A stretch of DNA of 64,000 bases from a virus (IMGVR_UViG_3300036984_000039:1-64000), one strand, 5' to 3'. Numbered from the stretch's first letter, positions 35,611 to 45,423 are shown. The notes: generated by a model from the letters alone, not told the origin. Numbers and translations are program-made.

Positions 35611-36756
35611 TCAAACAGCAAGCGCCGGGCTTACCGGTCTTACCTCACCTAACCCAAGAGAGCACGCCCGCTCTCCTTCACTACGAATGTTCTTAGCTGC
35701 ATTATGGTCGCGGTCATGGATCGCGCCGCAGTTGGCGCATGTCCAGCGCCGTTCGGTCAAGCGCAACCCCTGATACAGCCATCCGCAGTCCGAGCATGTC
35801 TTGCTCGACGGATAGAAGCGATCCACCAGTGCCACGAGCTTGCCTTTGGTGCTGGCGACATAGCTTAGAATGCCCATGAATTCCGACCGGGCCAGATCGC
35901 TCACTTTGCGACCCCACAACCGAACCATGCCGCGCATGTTTAGATCCTCAAAGTACAGGTAATCGTACTGGTCGGTGAGCATGTGTGCCAGCTTGAAGAA
36001 CCAGTCCCGGCGCTGGTTGACTACTCGTTGGTGAATGCGTGCGACGCTCAGCTTGGCCTTACGCCAACCATGCGACCCTTTTACCTTGCGTGCTAAGTTC
36101 TGTTGCGCCAACTTCAACTCAGACATGACCTTCTGATAGTACAGCGGTGACTCGATCACCAGTCCCATGTCCGTGGTGATAAACGCTTTCAGCCCAAAAT
36201 CGAAACCTGCGCTGTTACCCGACATGATTCGGTTGCTTTGGTCTTCCGACATTTCTACCACGAAATAGAGCCAGAGCGCGCCCAAGTTATCGCGCTTGAT
36301 CGTCAACGTCTTGACCTCGGCCGGAATGTCACGGCTCTTGCTGTACTTATAAACCCGACCGCGAATCTTGATTCGATTGCCATCCAGCAACTTCCAACTG
36401 TTATGCTTGAGCGTGAAGCTACTGTATTTCTTGACCTTTTTAAAGCCGGGTGGTGAAGCCTTGACGCCCACTTTCAGGTTGTGAAAGAATAGCTTGTACG
36501 ACCGCTCAATGCGTTCCGCGATGCCTTGAATTGCTTGGGCATCAACTTCGTTCCAAAACGCGTAGCGTGGTCTCTGTTTGAGTTTGGCAATATGCTTCTG
36601 CAAATCGTACAAATTCAAATGTTTACCAGTCAAACGATAGTAGCGCCGATGTAAAGCAATTTCGTGGTTCCAGATAATACCAGCAATGTCGATCTGCTGG
36701 TTCAAGAACCGATTCCGCTTCGCCTTGTAGAGTTTGAACTTGTACGTTTTTATCAT
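35611..36756 (-). CDS. tnpB: TnpB RNA-guided nuclease (intact)
   Basis: KTYKFKLY, GFDFG, FEDLN, PSSKTCSDC, DRDHNAA. Right end GAATCCCACGAGCTTTAGCCGTGGGAGTACGTCAA ends at 35571. Confidence 0.93.
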   Translation of the reverse strand: MIKTYKFKLYKAKRNRFLNQQIDIAGIIWNHEIALHRRYYRLTGKHLNLYDLQKHIAKLKQRPRYAFWNEVDAQAIQGIAERIERSYKLFFHNLKVGVKASPPGFKKVKKYSSFTLKHNSWKLLDGNRIKIRGRVYKYSKSRDIPAEVKTLTIKRDNLGALWLYFVVEMSEDQSNRIMSGNSAGFDFGLKAFITTDMGLVIESPLYYQKVMSELKLAQQNLARKVKGSHGWRKAKLSVARIHQRVVNQRRDWFFKLAHMLTDQYDYLYFEDLNMRGMVRLWGRKVSDLARSEFMGILSYVASTKGKLVALVDRFYPSSKTCSDCGWLYQGLRLTERRWTCANCGAIHDRDHNAAKNIRSEGERACSLGLGEVRPVSPALAV

Positions 36757-36797
36757 CGCGTTGCTCGGTTAAATGACAAGCCGCCCGGTGAAGCCAT

Positions 36798-36928
36798 TCT
36801 TGTCGAGGGAATGTCTGTCGGACGGCCTGTGGTTAGCCCATTACTGGACGATCACCCTATTCAGCTATGGCCTCTTACTACATTCCCTCGACAAGACTTA
36901 TTCTAACACGTCTCGCTCTTTTTGTCAA
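36798..36928 (-). promoter_or_regulatory. Promoter TTGACA-17-TAGAAT (36900-36928) and a leader closed by a 17-bp stem
   Basis: TCTTGTCGAGGGAATGT at 36798-36814 / ACATTCCCTCGACAAGA at 36880-36896. Confidence 0.75.
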
Positions 36929-37190
36929 TGCCTTTTCCCTTCATGTGTGCAAACAACTGCGCAGTACTTTCACGTATTGCTAGTTTGGCCCAAGCTTCGA
37001 CGTACTGCTGCGCGCCCGCGATGGCAAGCGTAATCATGGCCTGGGCCAGCGTAGACCACGGCGCGGGACTGTCCGACTGAGCCGCGATAAACTGTAGCAT
37101 CGGCACGGCGGCGGCGGGCAGTTCGGCTCTATGCTCGCTGTCGCACCCTTCCAGGCCGATGATCCTCACGGTGATGGTTGCCACGGTCAT
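36903..37190 (-). CDS. Hypothetical protein with an apparently replaced C-terminus
   Basis: AAGGAGG RBS, ATGA overlap. Confidence 0.6.
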   Translation of the reverse strand: MTVATITVRIIGLEGCDSEHRAELPAAAVPMLQFIAAQSDSPAPWSTLAQAMITLAIAGAQQYVEAWAKLAIRESTAQLFAHMKGKGIDKKSETC

Positions 37191-37495
37191 TCCTCCTTGC
37201 GACTCAGGCCAGGATACCACGCCGAAGCCGAGAGGATGCCCTGCTGGTCGTCGGCCCACTGGCGAGCCATCAGCGCCACGACGCGCGCCCACGTGCCTTG
37301 CGGCAGCGTATCGTGCAGTGCCGCGACTAGCGCCTGGGCATCGATCAGCATAGCTTCGTCTACCACGTGTTGCGGCGCACTTGGTGCAAACGCATTACTG
37401 GAAAGCGACTCAAGCATTTCGATTTTCAAATCGGGCGGCGGCGTGTCGCTCCGCCGAACTGTAGCTGCCTTGAAAATGTAAATATTACGTTGCAT
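37187..37495 (-). CDS. Hypothetical protein
   Basis: Coupled ORF in an operon. Confidence 0.6.
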   Translation of the reverse strand: MQRNIYIFKAATVRRSDTPPPDLKIEMLESLSSNAFAPSAPQHVVDEAMLIDAQALVAALHDTLPQGTWARVVALMARQWADDQQGILSASAWYPGLSRKEE

Positions 37496-37496
37496 G

Positions 37497-38306
37497 TTAG
37501 GCCGCCTTTTTACCTTGCTTCAACGAATACCCGTCCGCCGCCACCGCGTTCAGTACGGCCACCAGATCAGGCCGCAGGAAACGCAGATGCAGATTGCAAT
37601 TGTGGCAGGCGCGGAACTCGAAGTAATCCGTCATGCCTGTGCCGTCCGCCGACGTTTCAATGGCGTCCGCCAGCGGTGACGTATAGCCGTCCATCACGCC
37701 CTTGCCGTCAAGCATGTGGAACACGCGATCCACCTGCACCAGATCAGTGCGCCGGTAGTAATTTACGCGAAACTTGCTGGCATAGCCGTTCTCAACAAAG
37801 CTGCTCAAGATGACTTTCGGGCCGACGCCGTAACGCACATTCGTGACGAGCTTCTGGCCGCGCGCCCGCGCGCCTGGCGTAAGGATGCCGTAGGCTTCCA
37901 TTGCCGCCTCACGTTGAATCTCCGGCATATTCTGTGCATAGGCTTGCAACAGGTCGTACACGTTCGTCAACGTCAGGGCCGGCATCGCGTCGTCATCGAT
38001 CTTCTTGGAGATTTCCTCCCACCGCTTGACCGACGCGATCTTGCGCATTTCGATGCGTTCCAGGATTACGCACCAGGCGTCTTTAGTAATGCCGGCGATA
38101 ACATCCGTGACGGCGCGTTCCGGGTTGTACGACCGCTCTGATAGTACGCGGGTATACTTGCTGAATGCGCTTTGCAAGGCGACCTCAGCCACCTGCAAGG
38201 CCGCATAAGCCGTGCGCACGTTGGCGCATTCGGTTTCATAGACGCCGACCAAATCGGTCAGCGTCTTGCGAATTGCCAGGTCAGTCGGTTGCTGCATCGG
38301 TTCCAT
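37497..38306 (-). CDS. DUF4942-like protein
   Basis: VDRVFHMLDGK...TDYFEFR...NLHLRFLRPDLV..LN. Confidence 0.7.
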   Translation of the reverse strand: MEPMQQPTDLAIRKTLTDLVGVYETECANVRTAYAALQVAEVALQSAFSKYTRVLSERSYNPERAVTDVIAGITKDAWCVILERIEMRKIASVKRWEEISKKIDDDAMPALTLTNVYDLLQAYAQNMPEIQREAAMEAYGILTPGARARGQKLVTNVRYGVGPKVILSSFVENGYASKFRVNYYRRTDLVQVDRVFHMLDGKGVMDGYTSPLADAIETSADGTGMTDYFEFRACHNCNLHLRFLRPDLVAVLNAVAADGYSLKQGKKAA

Positions 38307-38534
38307 CTCCCTCGTCCTCATCCTCTACGGAAATCGTCGTCCAGCACTCCGGGCAGATGTGCGTGATGGCCCACTCGCGCTGATCTACGTCAAGCCATTG
38401 CCGGCGCGCTGCCTCCAAAAACTGCTGGCTACACTGGAGGCAGCGATCTGCGGCGTCCGCTTCCGCCTGCGTCGGCAGGCCCAGGCTGCGGGCCATGCCG
38501 TCGAGGAACTCCTGCAATGCGCCGGTACGTTGCA

Positions 38535-38927
38535 TCATTGGCATGTTAGCGCCTCCGCGTCCAGGATGGTCAGCGCCCACTCAGCGCGCCGGTCGCGTTC
38601 CCGCATGGCCTCCAGTTCGGCGCGTGGTAGCTCGCACCACTGGCGGGCGTCTGTGTCGGCATCGTCCCAACTGCGACCAGCCTCCAGCCAGAAGCCGTAC
38701 CGGGCCTCTTCGAGCTTGTCGGCAGGCAGCAGGTCATAGCGCCAGATGCGGTCAAACTCCAACGGCTCGACGTAGGCGACTACGGCGTACAGGTTGCGAT
38801 TGTCCACGCGCTTGGGCGGCCAGTGGCTTTCGACGATGGTCGCGGTCAACGGGTGGCCGGCGTTGTCGCGGTCGGGATAGCAGCCTATCGAGGCTGGCCG
38901 GAGCGTCAAAATGTAGTCAGGCATCAC
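38535..38927 (-). CDS. DarA C-terminal-like domain protein (possible anti-restriction)
   Basis: Y.L..RPASIG.YP...YAVVAY.EPL....I.RYDL.P pattern. Confidence 0.45.
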   Translation of the reverse strand: MMPDYILTLRPASIGCYPDRDNAGHPLTATIVESHWPPKRVDNRNLYAVVAYVEPLEFDRIWRYDLLPADKLEEARYGFWLEAGRSWDDADTDARQWCELPRAELEAMRERDRRAEWALTILDAEALTCQ

Positions 38928-39965
38928 GCCCTCCAGTCGTATTGCGCGGCGATGGTCGGGAACAGCGCCACCGCAGCCGCCTCACGGAGCTTGTCGCCGC
39001 CACTCGCGACTTCCTGATCCGTCCAGTCGCTATTGCCCAGGTACGCGGCCCACGAGCCACCGTGCCCGATAACCGCCACGATCTTGCAGGCGTAGGCTTC
39101 GTCGGGTTTGAACTCACTCTTGTTGTAATACTCGGCGTAGGTGCGAATCTGCTTAGACATTATCATTCTCCTAGGCCGGACTTGCGCCCGGCCCGACGTG
39201 CCTACTGGCGCTTGGGCAGCGTGCCCTGCGCCGTGTACAGATCAAAAAGTTGCGCCTTGAGGTCGCGCACCGCAATCTTGGCGTCGGACAACTCGTCACA
39301 CAACGCGTTGCGCTCGATTGTGAGCTTGAGGTACTCGGCATCGCGAAAGTCGATCTCAGCATACGCCTCGGTACGGGCGGCGATCAGTTCCGCGACATGC
39401 GCGTCACGCTCGCGAACCTGCATCCGCAGTGCCTCAACCTCACGCTTCTCCGCCTCTGCTTGGGCGACTACCCGGCGCAACTCGGTCTGCGCTGCCTGCG
39501 CATCCTGTCCGCGCTGGCGCTCGGAGAAGTCCAGCACGGCCACCAGATCGGTGTTCATGTCGCTGGTGGTCTGGATGCGAAACCACTCGATCAGGCGGGT
39601 GGAGAACAGGCTTTTGAGATACGACTGCTCCGGCAATGACGCGGCGGCCTCGGCCAACCATGCCACCTCGTCGGCCTTGCTGATCTGCGCGCCGGTCTCG
39701 GCGGGTTCATCTACGGCGGGGAACTTGCGCTTGGCGGTCATTGTGACTCCTTCATAAACTGCACCGCCTCGCGCATGGCGGCGCTACAATTGAATGCCTT
39801 GAAGGGCAGAGTAGAGGCATCCACTACCTGCGCCTGATATAACCCGGCGCAATTGATTAGTGCTTCGTGCATCGTCTCCCAAGCGTATATCTCGCCTGCA
39901 TCTCGATCATGGAATACGGGGTGCGACTGATACTCCAGTCTGTCAAAGTAGACTACGGCGTACAT
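38924..39965 (-). other. Three small early ORFs (38924-39160, 39202-39741 coiled coil, 39738-39965)
   Basis: RBS-led, coupled ORFs downstream of the 40001 promoter. Confidence 0.6.
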
Positions 39966-40000
39966 TGCGTCCCTCCGTGATTGATCTGACCTACAAGGGA

Positions 40001-40029
40001 AGTATAGCAGAACTCGCTTGCTTTGTCAA
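40001..40029 (-). promoter_or_regulatory. Sigma70 promoter TTGACA-17-TATACT
   Basis: Repeated promoter family. Confidence 0.85.
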
Positions 40030-40063
40030 GTGGGCAACATGACCAATTTGAGACGAGTTTTCC

Positions 40064-40240
40064 TCAGTCCCATGCGCAAGCCGCGGCGTATGACGTGCCT
40101 ACGGTCGTAACATGCTGTCCCTGTGGACACACCGCCTCGCCCATGCTGCCCTTTGTAGGCCAGCCGGATTGTTCTTCTCCGCATGACGCTGCGATACACA
40201 ACAGCGCCAGAACCGCCAAAATCGCAATGAGCCTTTTCAT
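40064..40240 (-). CDS. Small lipoprotein
   Basis: MKRLIAILAVLALLCIAASC signal with lipobox. Confidence 0.6.
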   Translation of the reverse strand: MKRLIAILAVLALLCIAASCGEEQSGWPTKGSMGEAVCPQGQHVTTVGTSYAAACAWD

Positions 40241-40253
40241 GACGAATCTCCTT

Positions 40254-42500
40254 TTAGCCTCGATAGTCGCGCTCGCAACTCGGCCCGCAGCAGGGTTGCG
40301 ACACGCGCAGCGGCTTGAAGGCCGCGCCACACCACGCGCATTCGCGGAATAACTTGCCTTCCTTGATCCGGCGCAGCAGGCGCGCCGTGGGCGAGCGCCG
40401 ATCCACGCGATAGCCGCCCAGGCCGCGGTTGCAGTGGTCAGTGACCATATCGGCATAAAACTCGCGCACGATCTCCTGGCCCGTCACCGGCCACCAGCCG
40501 CCCAAGCCATGCTTGAACGTGGTATCGGGCTGCGCCTTCGCCGCCTTGATGCCCGCGACGTAGGCCGCCAGGCCGACCCGATTGCCATTGCCCAGGACGA
40601 TGTACTTGTCGCTCATAGCAACCTCTCCTGCACGGCAGCCCGCCGCGCCTTGTCATTTTCCTCGCGCACCAGCTTCGCGCCCAGGTGGGCGACATGGTAC
40701 GGCACTTGACGGTCATGCAATTCAATATCCGACGCCAGCACCCGATAGACCAGCCCATGCCAATTTGCAGGCACGGGCGTGTCCAATAGCCAGGTGTCGG
40801 CAAAGTCGAAGACCTGGATGGTGAACGGCCCACGCTGTTCCTCGCGAATCACGGTGACGGCGCGTGACATCATGCGGCTCCGATCACGCGTACCAACTAC
40901 AATACTCCGGGCGACCATCCCACAGGCTACAATAGCCGTACTTCATCGGGATGTTCCAGGATGTGCCATTATCACCCGGCTGGCACTGCGGGCGCTTGAC
41001 AAACGACTCGGAACTGACCAGGAAGTCATCCTTGACCGCCACGCGCGTATCACTCATGCTGCTACCCTCGCAGCTGACCGACTTGGCGGCAATCTCGCGC
41101 AGCGTCACAGTTCCCTTCGAGACAGCGACCACCTGATAGAAGTCGCAATTGGTCTGTTCCCAACCCCACGACCAGTGGAAGATGTCACCCGCCTTGAACG
41201 GGTGGCCCTCGCCGCGCGCGGCCTGCTTTGCAGCGCGATTGGTGGCCTTCATCTGTTCGACATCCCGCATACTCACGAGCCAACGATTGGCCGCCGCAAG
41301 CGCATTCGCCTCGTTGCCATATTGATAGTGCCACGCTGAGGTATTGGCTTTGCGAGCGTAGGCGATGCCGGCGTAGAGCTTGCCGAACGGATAGACGTAA
41401 ACCACAGCGAAAACATCGGCCAGGGTTACGGGCGTGCTATCCTTCGGGATGTAACGAGTCTTGGTAATGGCGCTCATGGTCAATCCTCCTGGGCTGAGCT
41501 TGTGTAGCAGGCTGCGTACTCGGCCAGCGCCGCAATACGCTCCGGTGTGCTCGCGAAGCGGTAACCGATGCCATGCGAGGTGTTGGTGCTTGACCAGTTG
41601 TCGCCGTCCGCACCGTTGCCACGCACCCGCCAGATGTGTTGCTTGGTAACGCAGATCTCTTCACCGCCACCGTAGATGGTGAAACCGCTGCCGATCTTGA
41701 TCCAGCGACCGGCAAGTTGGATCGGCTTACCATCCAGCGCGAATTCGTACACGCCATCTTCAGTCTTGAAGAGGCGCTGGATAGCCCGCTGTGCATCCGT
41801 GCGTTTGGACTTGGCGGCGAACGCGGCCTGTTCGGCCTTCCATACCGGCATGTATTCTTCCACGGTTGCCACGCGGCAGATGGCGAAATACAAGTGGCCG
41901 CTGTCGTCACCGACGCCGAAAGACAGCCCGTCCTCCCGGTAGTATTCGCTCCACGCGGTACGCACCACCACGTAGCGCATGTCAGCGGGATCGAGGAAGA
42001 TCGAACCTACGGTATAAGGTTCGCCGCCGTTGCCTTCACCGCGGCAGAGCTTGCGCTCGCCAAATGCAACCGCGCGATCTGGTGTCTGCGTTCTTGCGTA
42101 CTGCGCTTTCATATCTCAATCCTCCCAGGGTGGTTCGCCTCTCCGCATTCGCCGGGTTGACGGCGCTCCGCGGAGAGGCTGGCAAAACTCAATCTGAGTA
42201 ATCGCGATAGTAACGTGCGGTGCCGAATGTCACCGGGCAGCCGCCGAAGCGATACGTCCCATCACTTTGACGCCAAGCAACAATTTCCTCGGTCGTGTAC
42301 GTCGCATTGGCGAACTCAGCGGGCGTGAAGCGGTGATCAAAAACCGGGAAGTCAGCATTCTTGCCCTCCGGTTTCAATCCCGCCGTGCTGACGCCTTGCA
42401 GCGTTACCTTCCGGCGCGACGGAGAGACGGCGACTACCGCAAACGGATAGCGATCGGAAGGGCAAATCAGTGTTGCGCCTTGGCCTACTTTGGGTTCCAT
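40254..42500 (-). other. Operon of small early ORFs (40254-40616, 40613-40870, 40884-41477, 41480-42112, 42189-42500)
   Basis: GGAGG-led ORFs. 40884-41477 has the GDIFHWSWGWEQTNCDFYQVV motif common in phage and plasmid leading regions. Confidence 0.65.
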
Positions 42501-42533
42501 CGGTGCCTCCTGGTGGTCTCTAACTACATGCTT

Positions 42534-42562
42534 AGTATAGCACCGTTCACGTCGTTTGTCAA
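42534..42562 (-). promoter_or_regulatory. Sigma70 promoter TTGACA-17-TATACT
   Basis: Repeated promoter family. Confidence 0.85.
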
Positions 42563-42685
42563 GCGGGTAAATGAGGTATTTTTACATGAGTTTTGAGGCT
42601 GCGGCGAGAGATTTGCCGGGCCGGAAGCGACTCGATGCTTCCACCTGCCAGGCCCGTCGTGGTGGTCGCGGTGCGTGAAACGAGG

Positions 42686-43123
42686 TCAGCCAGAATTGAG
42701 CTTGTGTACCTGGGTCGGGCGCGCCAAGTGCCAGTCGCGCCGTCGCTTGTCGTAACCCTTGCGGTAGTCAACCACGCGCGCCACGAATTCCACCACATCG
42801 CCCGGTTGCAGGTCGGCCAGCGCCAAGCCCTGCGTGAGATTGAACCACAGGTGGTCGGTGACAATCTCGCCATCCGGCAGACTGATATCGCGCAACAATA
42901 CTGTCCGCTCATGAGCGCCGCGCCAGCCGCGCTTTATCCCATAGCGCACAAAGACGCCGCGGAAGGTGCGCCGCTGTTCATCCATCGCGCGCAAGGCTAC
43001 CCGCTGGCCTTTGGGTGCAGGCGCAGCCTTCTTGACTTCGGGCGGTTGCTCTCTTAGACGCTGCTCTGCCTCCGCGAAACTGGCGAGCAATTCAGGTGAC
43101 GGTACAATAGGTTTGCGGGTCAT
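42686..43123 (-). CDS. OB-fold-like hypothetical protein
   Basis: VTDHLWF...LQPGDVVEFVARV..YRKGY. Confidence 0.65.
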   Translation of the reverse strand: MTRKPIVPSPELLASFAEAEQRLREQPPEVKKAAPAPKGQRVALRAMDEQRRTFRGVFVRYGIKRGWRGAHERTVLLRDISLPDGEIVTDHLWFNLTQGLALADLQPGDVVEFVARVVDYRKGYDKRRRDWHLARPTQVHKLNSG

Positions 43124-43149
43124 CCGATCAATTCCTTCCTACTGCTAGG

Positions 43150-43600
43150 CAATGCGGTGGTCGCGGCGCGCCTTGCGGTCGCGGCAGGTCACGCGCGCCC
43201 GTTGCTTGTCGTGCATCCCAGGTTTTGGGCACAGTGCTCCCAACGCTTAGAAAGCGGTCGTTGAGTACAACCGGCGACAGGTGTCGCAACATGCCTCTTT
43301 ACCCGCCCTGCCGAGCCGATGATTTCGCGGGAAGCGGTCTGAGTGCCGCTTGAGCATGTCCTCCGGGCTTGCGCCCACTCGTGGGAGTCACTTGGTTTTC
43401 TTGCAGGTACGAGCATCAGTCCCGTCTTACCGGGAATGCCGTTTCCGACCGCCGTGCTCGTCTGTTTGAAGCCGCACGTCTTCCAGGTTCTCCGGCTGTT
43501 TCCCGCCTGGAGGGGCAGCGGGCTGGCAATGTTATGAAGGCTGACAGGACGTGCGCCTGTGCCACATGGTAGCGGGTTCTCAGGCCCGCCATAGCGCCAG
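43150..43600 (-). ncRNA. Putative structured ncRNA (~450 nt)
   Basis: GNRA hairpins (GGGC-GCAA-GCCC, GTCG-GAAA-CGGC, CC-GCAA-GG) and nested helices; no credible ORF. Confidence 0.5.
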
Positions 43601-43634
43601 AAAGCAAAACGCCCGACCGTTAGGTCAGGCGTTG
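43600..43634 (-). terminator. Terminator-like hairpin
   Basis: AACGCCTGACC-taac-GGTCGGGCGTT followed by TTGCTTTCT. Confidence 0.65.
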
Positions 43635-43858
43635 GGTACAACAGTAAATTCAATGCCAATGGCGTCAGCCGAAAGCGCCGCAAAGGCAGCGCGGGCCACG
43701 ACCGATGCCGCAGCCAGCCGTTCGTATTCGGCTGGCTCAAGCGCGTCGACAGCTTCGTGCAACAACAGGCCGAAGTTGTCTACGACGACGCGCAGGCTCT
43801 CCATATCAACAGCATGGCTGTCAGACAGCGTGACCCGTTTGGCGTAGAGTGGTGGCAT
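43625..43858 (-). CDS. Hypothetical protein (77 aa) behind a structured leader
   Basis: AGGAG RBS lies inside the antisense-target segment. Confidence 0.6.
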   Translation of the reverse strand: MPPLYAKRVTLSDSHAVDMESLRVVVDNFGLLLHEAVDALEPAEYERLAAASVVARAAFAALSADAIGIEFTVVPNA

Positions 43859-43861
43859 AAG

Positions 43862-44035
43862 AAAAGCTCCTGTGCATTCGTCCGGGAGACGACCTAGCCG
43901 ACAGACAGACTCGCGCCGGGTAGCGCTTGGCAATCGGTCGGCTCCCGACGAACGAACAGGAGCCTTATCTGTCTGTCTACTGCGTACTGTCCCTCGTCCT
44001 CTGCCAGTTCCCAGGCTGGCGTCGTCAGTTCAGCA
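43862..44035 (-). ncRNA. Structured leader RNA, C4/CI-like antisense switch
   Basis: Closing stem 43900-43909 / 43968-43977. Inner hairpin 43942-43966 is complementary to 43864-43888. Confidence 0.65.
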
Positions 44036-44042
44036 CGTTTCT

Positions 44043-44072
44043 ATCTTATCACAACTCGCTTGGAAATGTCAA
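44043..44072 (-). promoter_or_regulatory. Sigma70 promoter TTGACA-18-TAAGAT
   Basis: Direct match. Confidence 0.7.
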
Positions 44073-44109
44073 GTACCTGCGAGGGCAAATTTTCAAACTC
44101 GTTGCCGAA

Positions 44110-44125
44110 TGTTTCACGTGAAACA
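44110..44125. promoter_or_regulatory. parS: parS centromere site (perfect consensus TGTTTCACGTGAAACA)
   Basis: Exact 16-bp chromosomal parS palindrome, extending to 22 bp (44107-44128). Confidence 0.88.
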
Positions 44126-44137
44126 TTCCAGGCGAAT

Positions 44138-44166
44138 TTGACACCCGCCGCGACCTCTGCTATACT
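44138..44166 (+). promoter_or_regulatory. Sigma70 promoter TTGACA-17-TATACT (plus strand)
   Basis: The only plus-strand consensus promoter noticed in the 17-64 kb region. Confidence 0.85.
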
Positions 44167-44169
44167 CCC

Positions 44170-44407
44170 GTCTGGTTAGGTAAGCTAGTACTGGAGCAGT
44201 CGGGTCACGTTGCGATAACGTGTGAGGAGCACGGCGGCGGCGGAGTAACGGAAAGGTTACACGGCGCACCGGAAACCGAAGACCGGCAAGTCGGGAAGCA
44301 CGATCTGAGCGTGCCAGCGATATCAGACAGGCGTAAATGACGCCCTCCATCTCGCCCAACTAACACGACAACGCCGCCCAGGTTCGTCCTGGCGGCGTTG
44401 CTGTTTC
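44170..44407 (+). ncRNA. Stand-alone structured small RNA (~235 nt) with terminator
   Basis: Lies between a promoter and a terminator with no ORF. 5' GTCTGGT pairs with ATCAGAC; several hairpins; terminator stem 44369-44400. Confidence 0.75.
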
Positions 44408-44413
44408 TGGCGC

Positions 44414-45377
44414 TCACGGCTTCCACACGCGGATTTTCAATTCCTCTCGCGGTTCCTCCGCCTCGGCCTCCGGTGCATCCGGTCCGATCAGCGGCGCATC
44501 GTTCGGCTTCCGCAGCGACGACTCAAGGCCGTGCTCGTTGTCGATCAGCACGGCGATGATGGCCGCCACGCACAGGGCCACCGCCAGGAATTGCGCCAGC
44601 AGATTCGTCACTTTTTACCGGTCATCGCCACGCCGCACACGCTCGGCGGCGATGACGGGATGTTTTCCGTCAAACGAGCATATATCTCTGGCGATAGCAG
44701 GAGGTCGGCAAGCTCCCGATGCATTTCCAGCAGCTTCCCAAGATTGGCGAGCGCCGTTTGCAGATCATCGGCGGGCCGCCCTATGATGTCGTCGCCAAAT
44801 ACGGCCAGCCATCGGCCCTGCTCATTGCGCGTCAGTGTGATTAAGTAGCTCAGCGGTAGCATAGTGTCTCCGGTCAAGAGAAGAACTCCTTGAGCGCCTT
44901 GCCGATGCCGGACTTGCGCGTCGGCTCAGGCGCGGACTTGCGCCGCTTGCTGCGGCCCGGTTGCCGCGGCTGATCCTTCCAGGGTGTCGGCATGGGATTG
45001 AGATCGATATGTCCGATGACGCCCCCGGATGGTAACTTTTCCCCAACGTGATTACTGTCATACCAACCGTTTTGGCGCGCCGTCCCGGTCTGCCAACGCT
45101 CGGCATATTCCAGGTTCTTTGGATTGACCGGCGTGGATTCTAAACCGAACCCGGCTCGACATAATAGATACTCAGCCCATTCTGCGGCTTGATCATGCAC
45201 GGCAATGTGAATCTTATTGTATACTCCGCGCTCATCATTCTTGACCGTTCCGCCATCCCACACAATCGGATGCTTGAAGTCATAGGGCGCAAGCAGCTTA
45301 TTGTTGATGCCGCTAACGTAACTGCGCGCGGGCGCGCACAGCGGCGCGGCTATCGTGATTGTCCTGTAGCCAAACAT
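44414..45377 (-). other. Three hypothetical ORFs (44414-44611 membrane, 44608-44877, 44874-45377)
   Basis: Coupled ORFs. Confidence 0.55.
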
Positions 45378-45423
45378 CTCAGCCGACCCCAAGCAGCGCG
45401 AATGCCGTGACACTCCGCACGGA

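Noticed and set aside
35033-36878. 12-nt complementarity between the large RNA (35033-35044) and the tnpB leader (36867-36878)
   Set aside because: Too short to trust, and that segment already has an internal pairing partner.
42137-42179. Intergenic hairpin GCCTCTCCGC/GCGGAGAGGC as an attC or ncRNA
   Set aside because: No R boxes; more likely an mRNA processing or stability stem.
29115-45406. TnpB guides targeting other sites in this window
   Set aside because: No convincing full-length match was found by eye for any of the four predicted guides.
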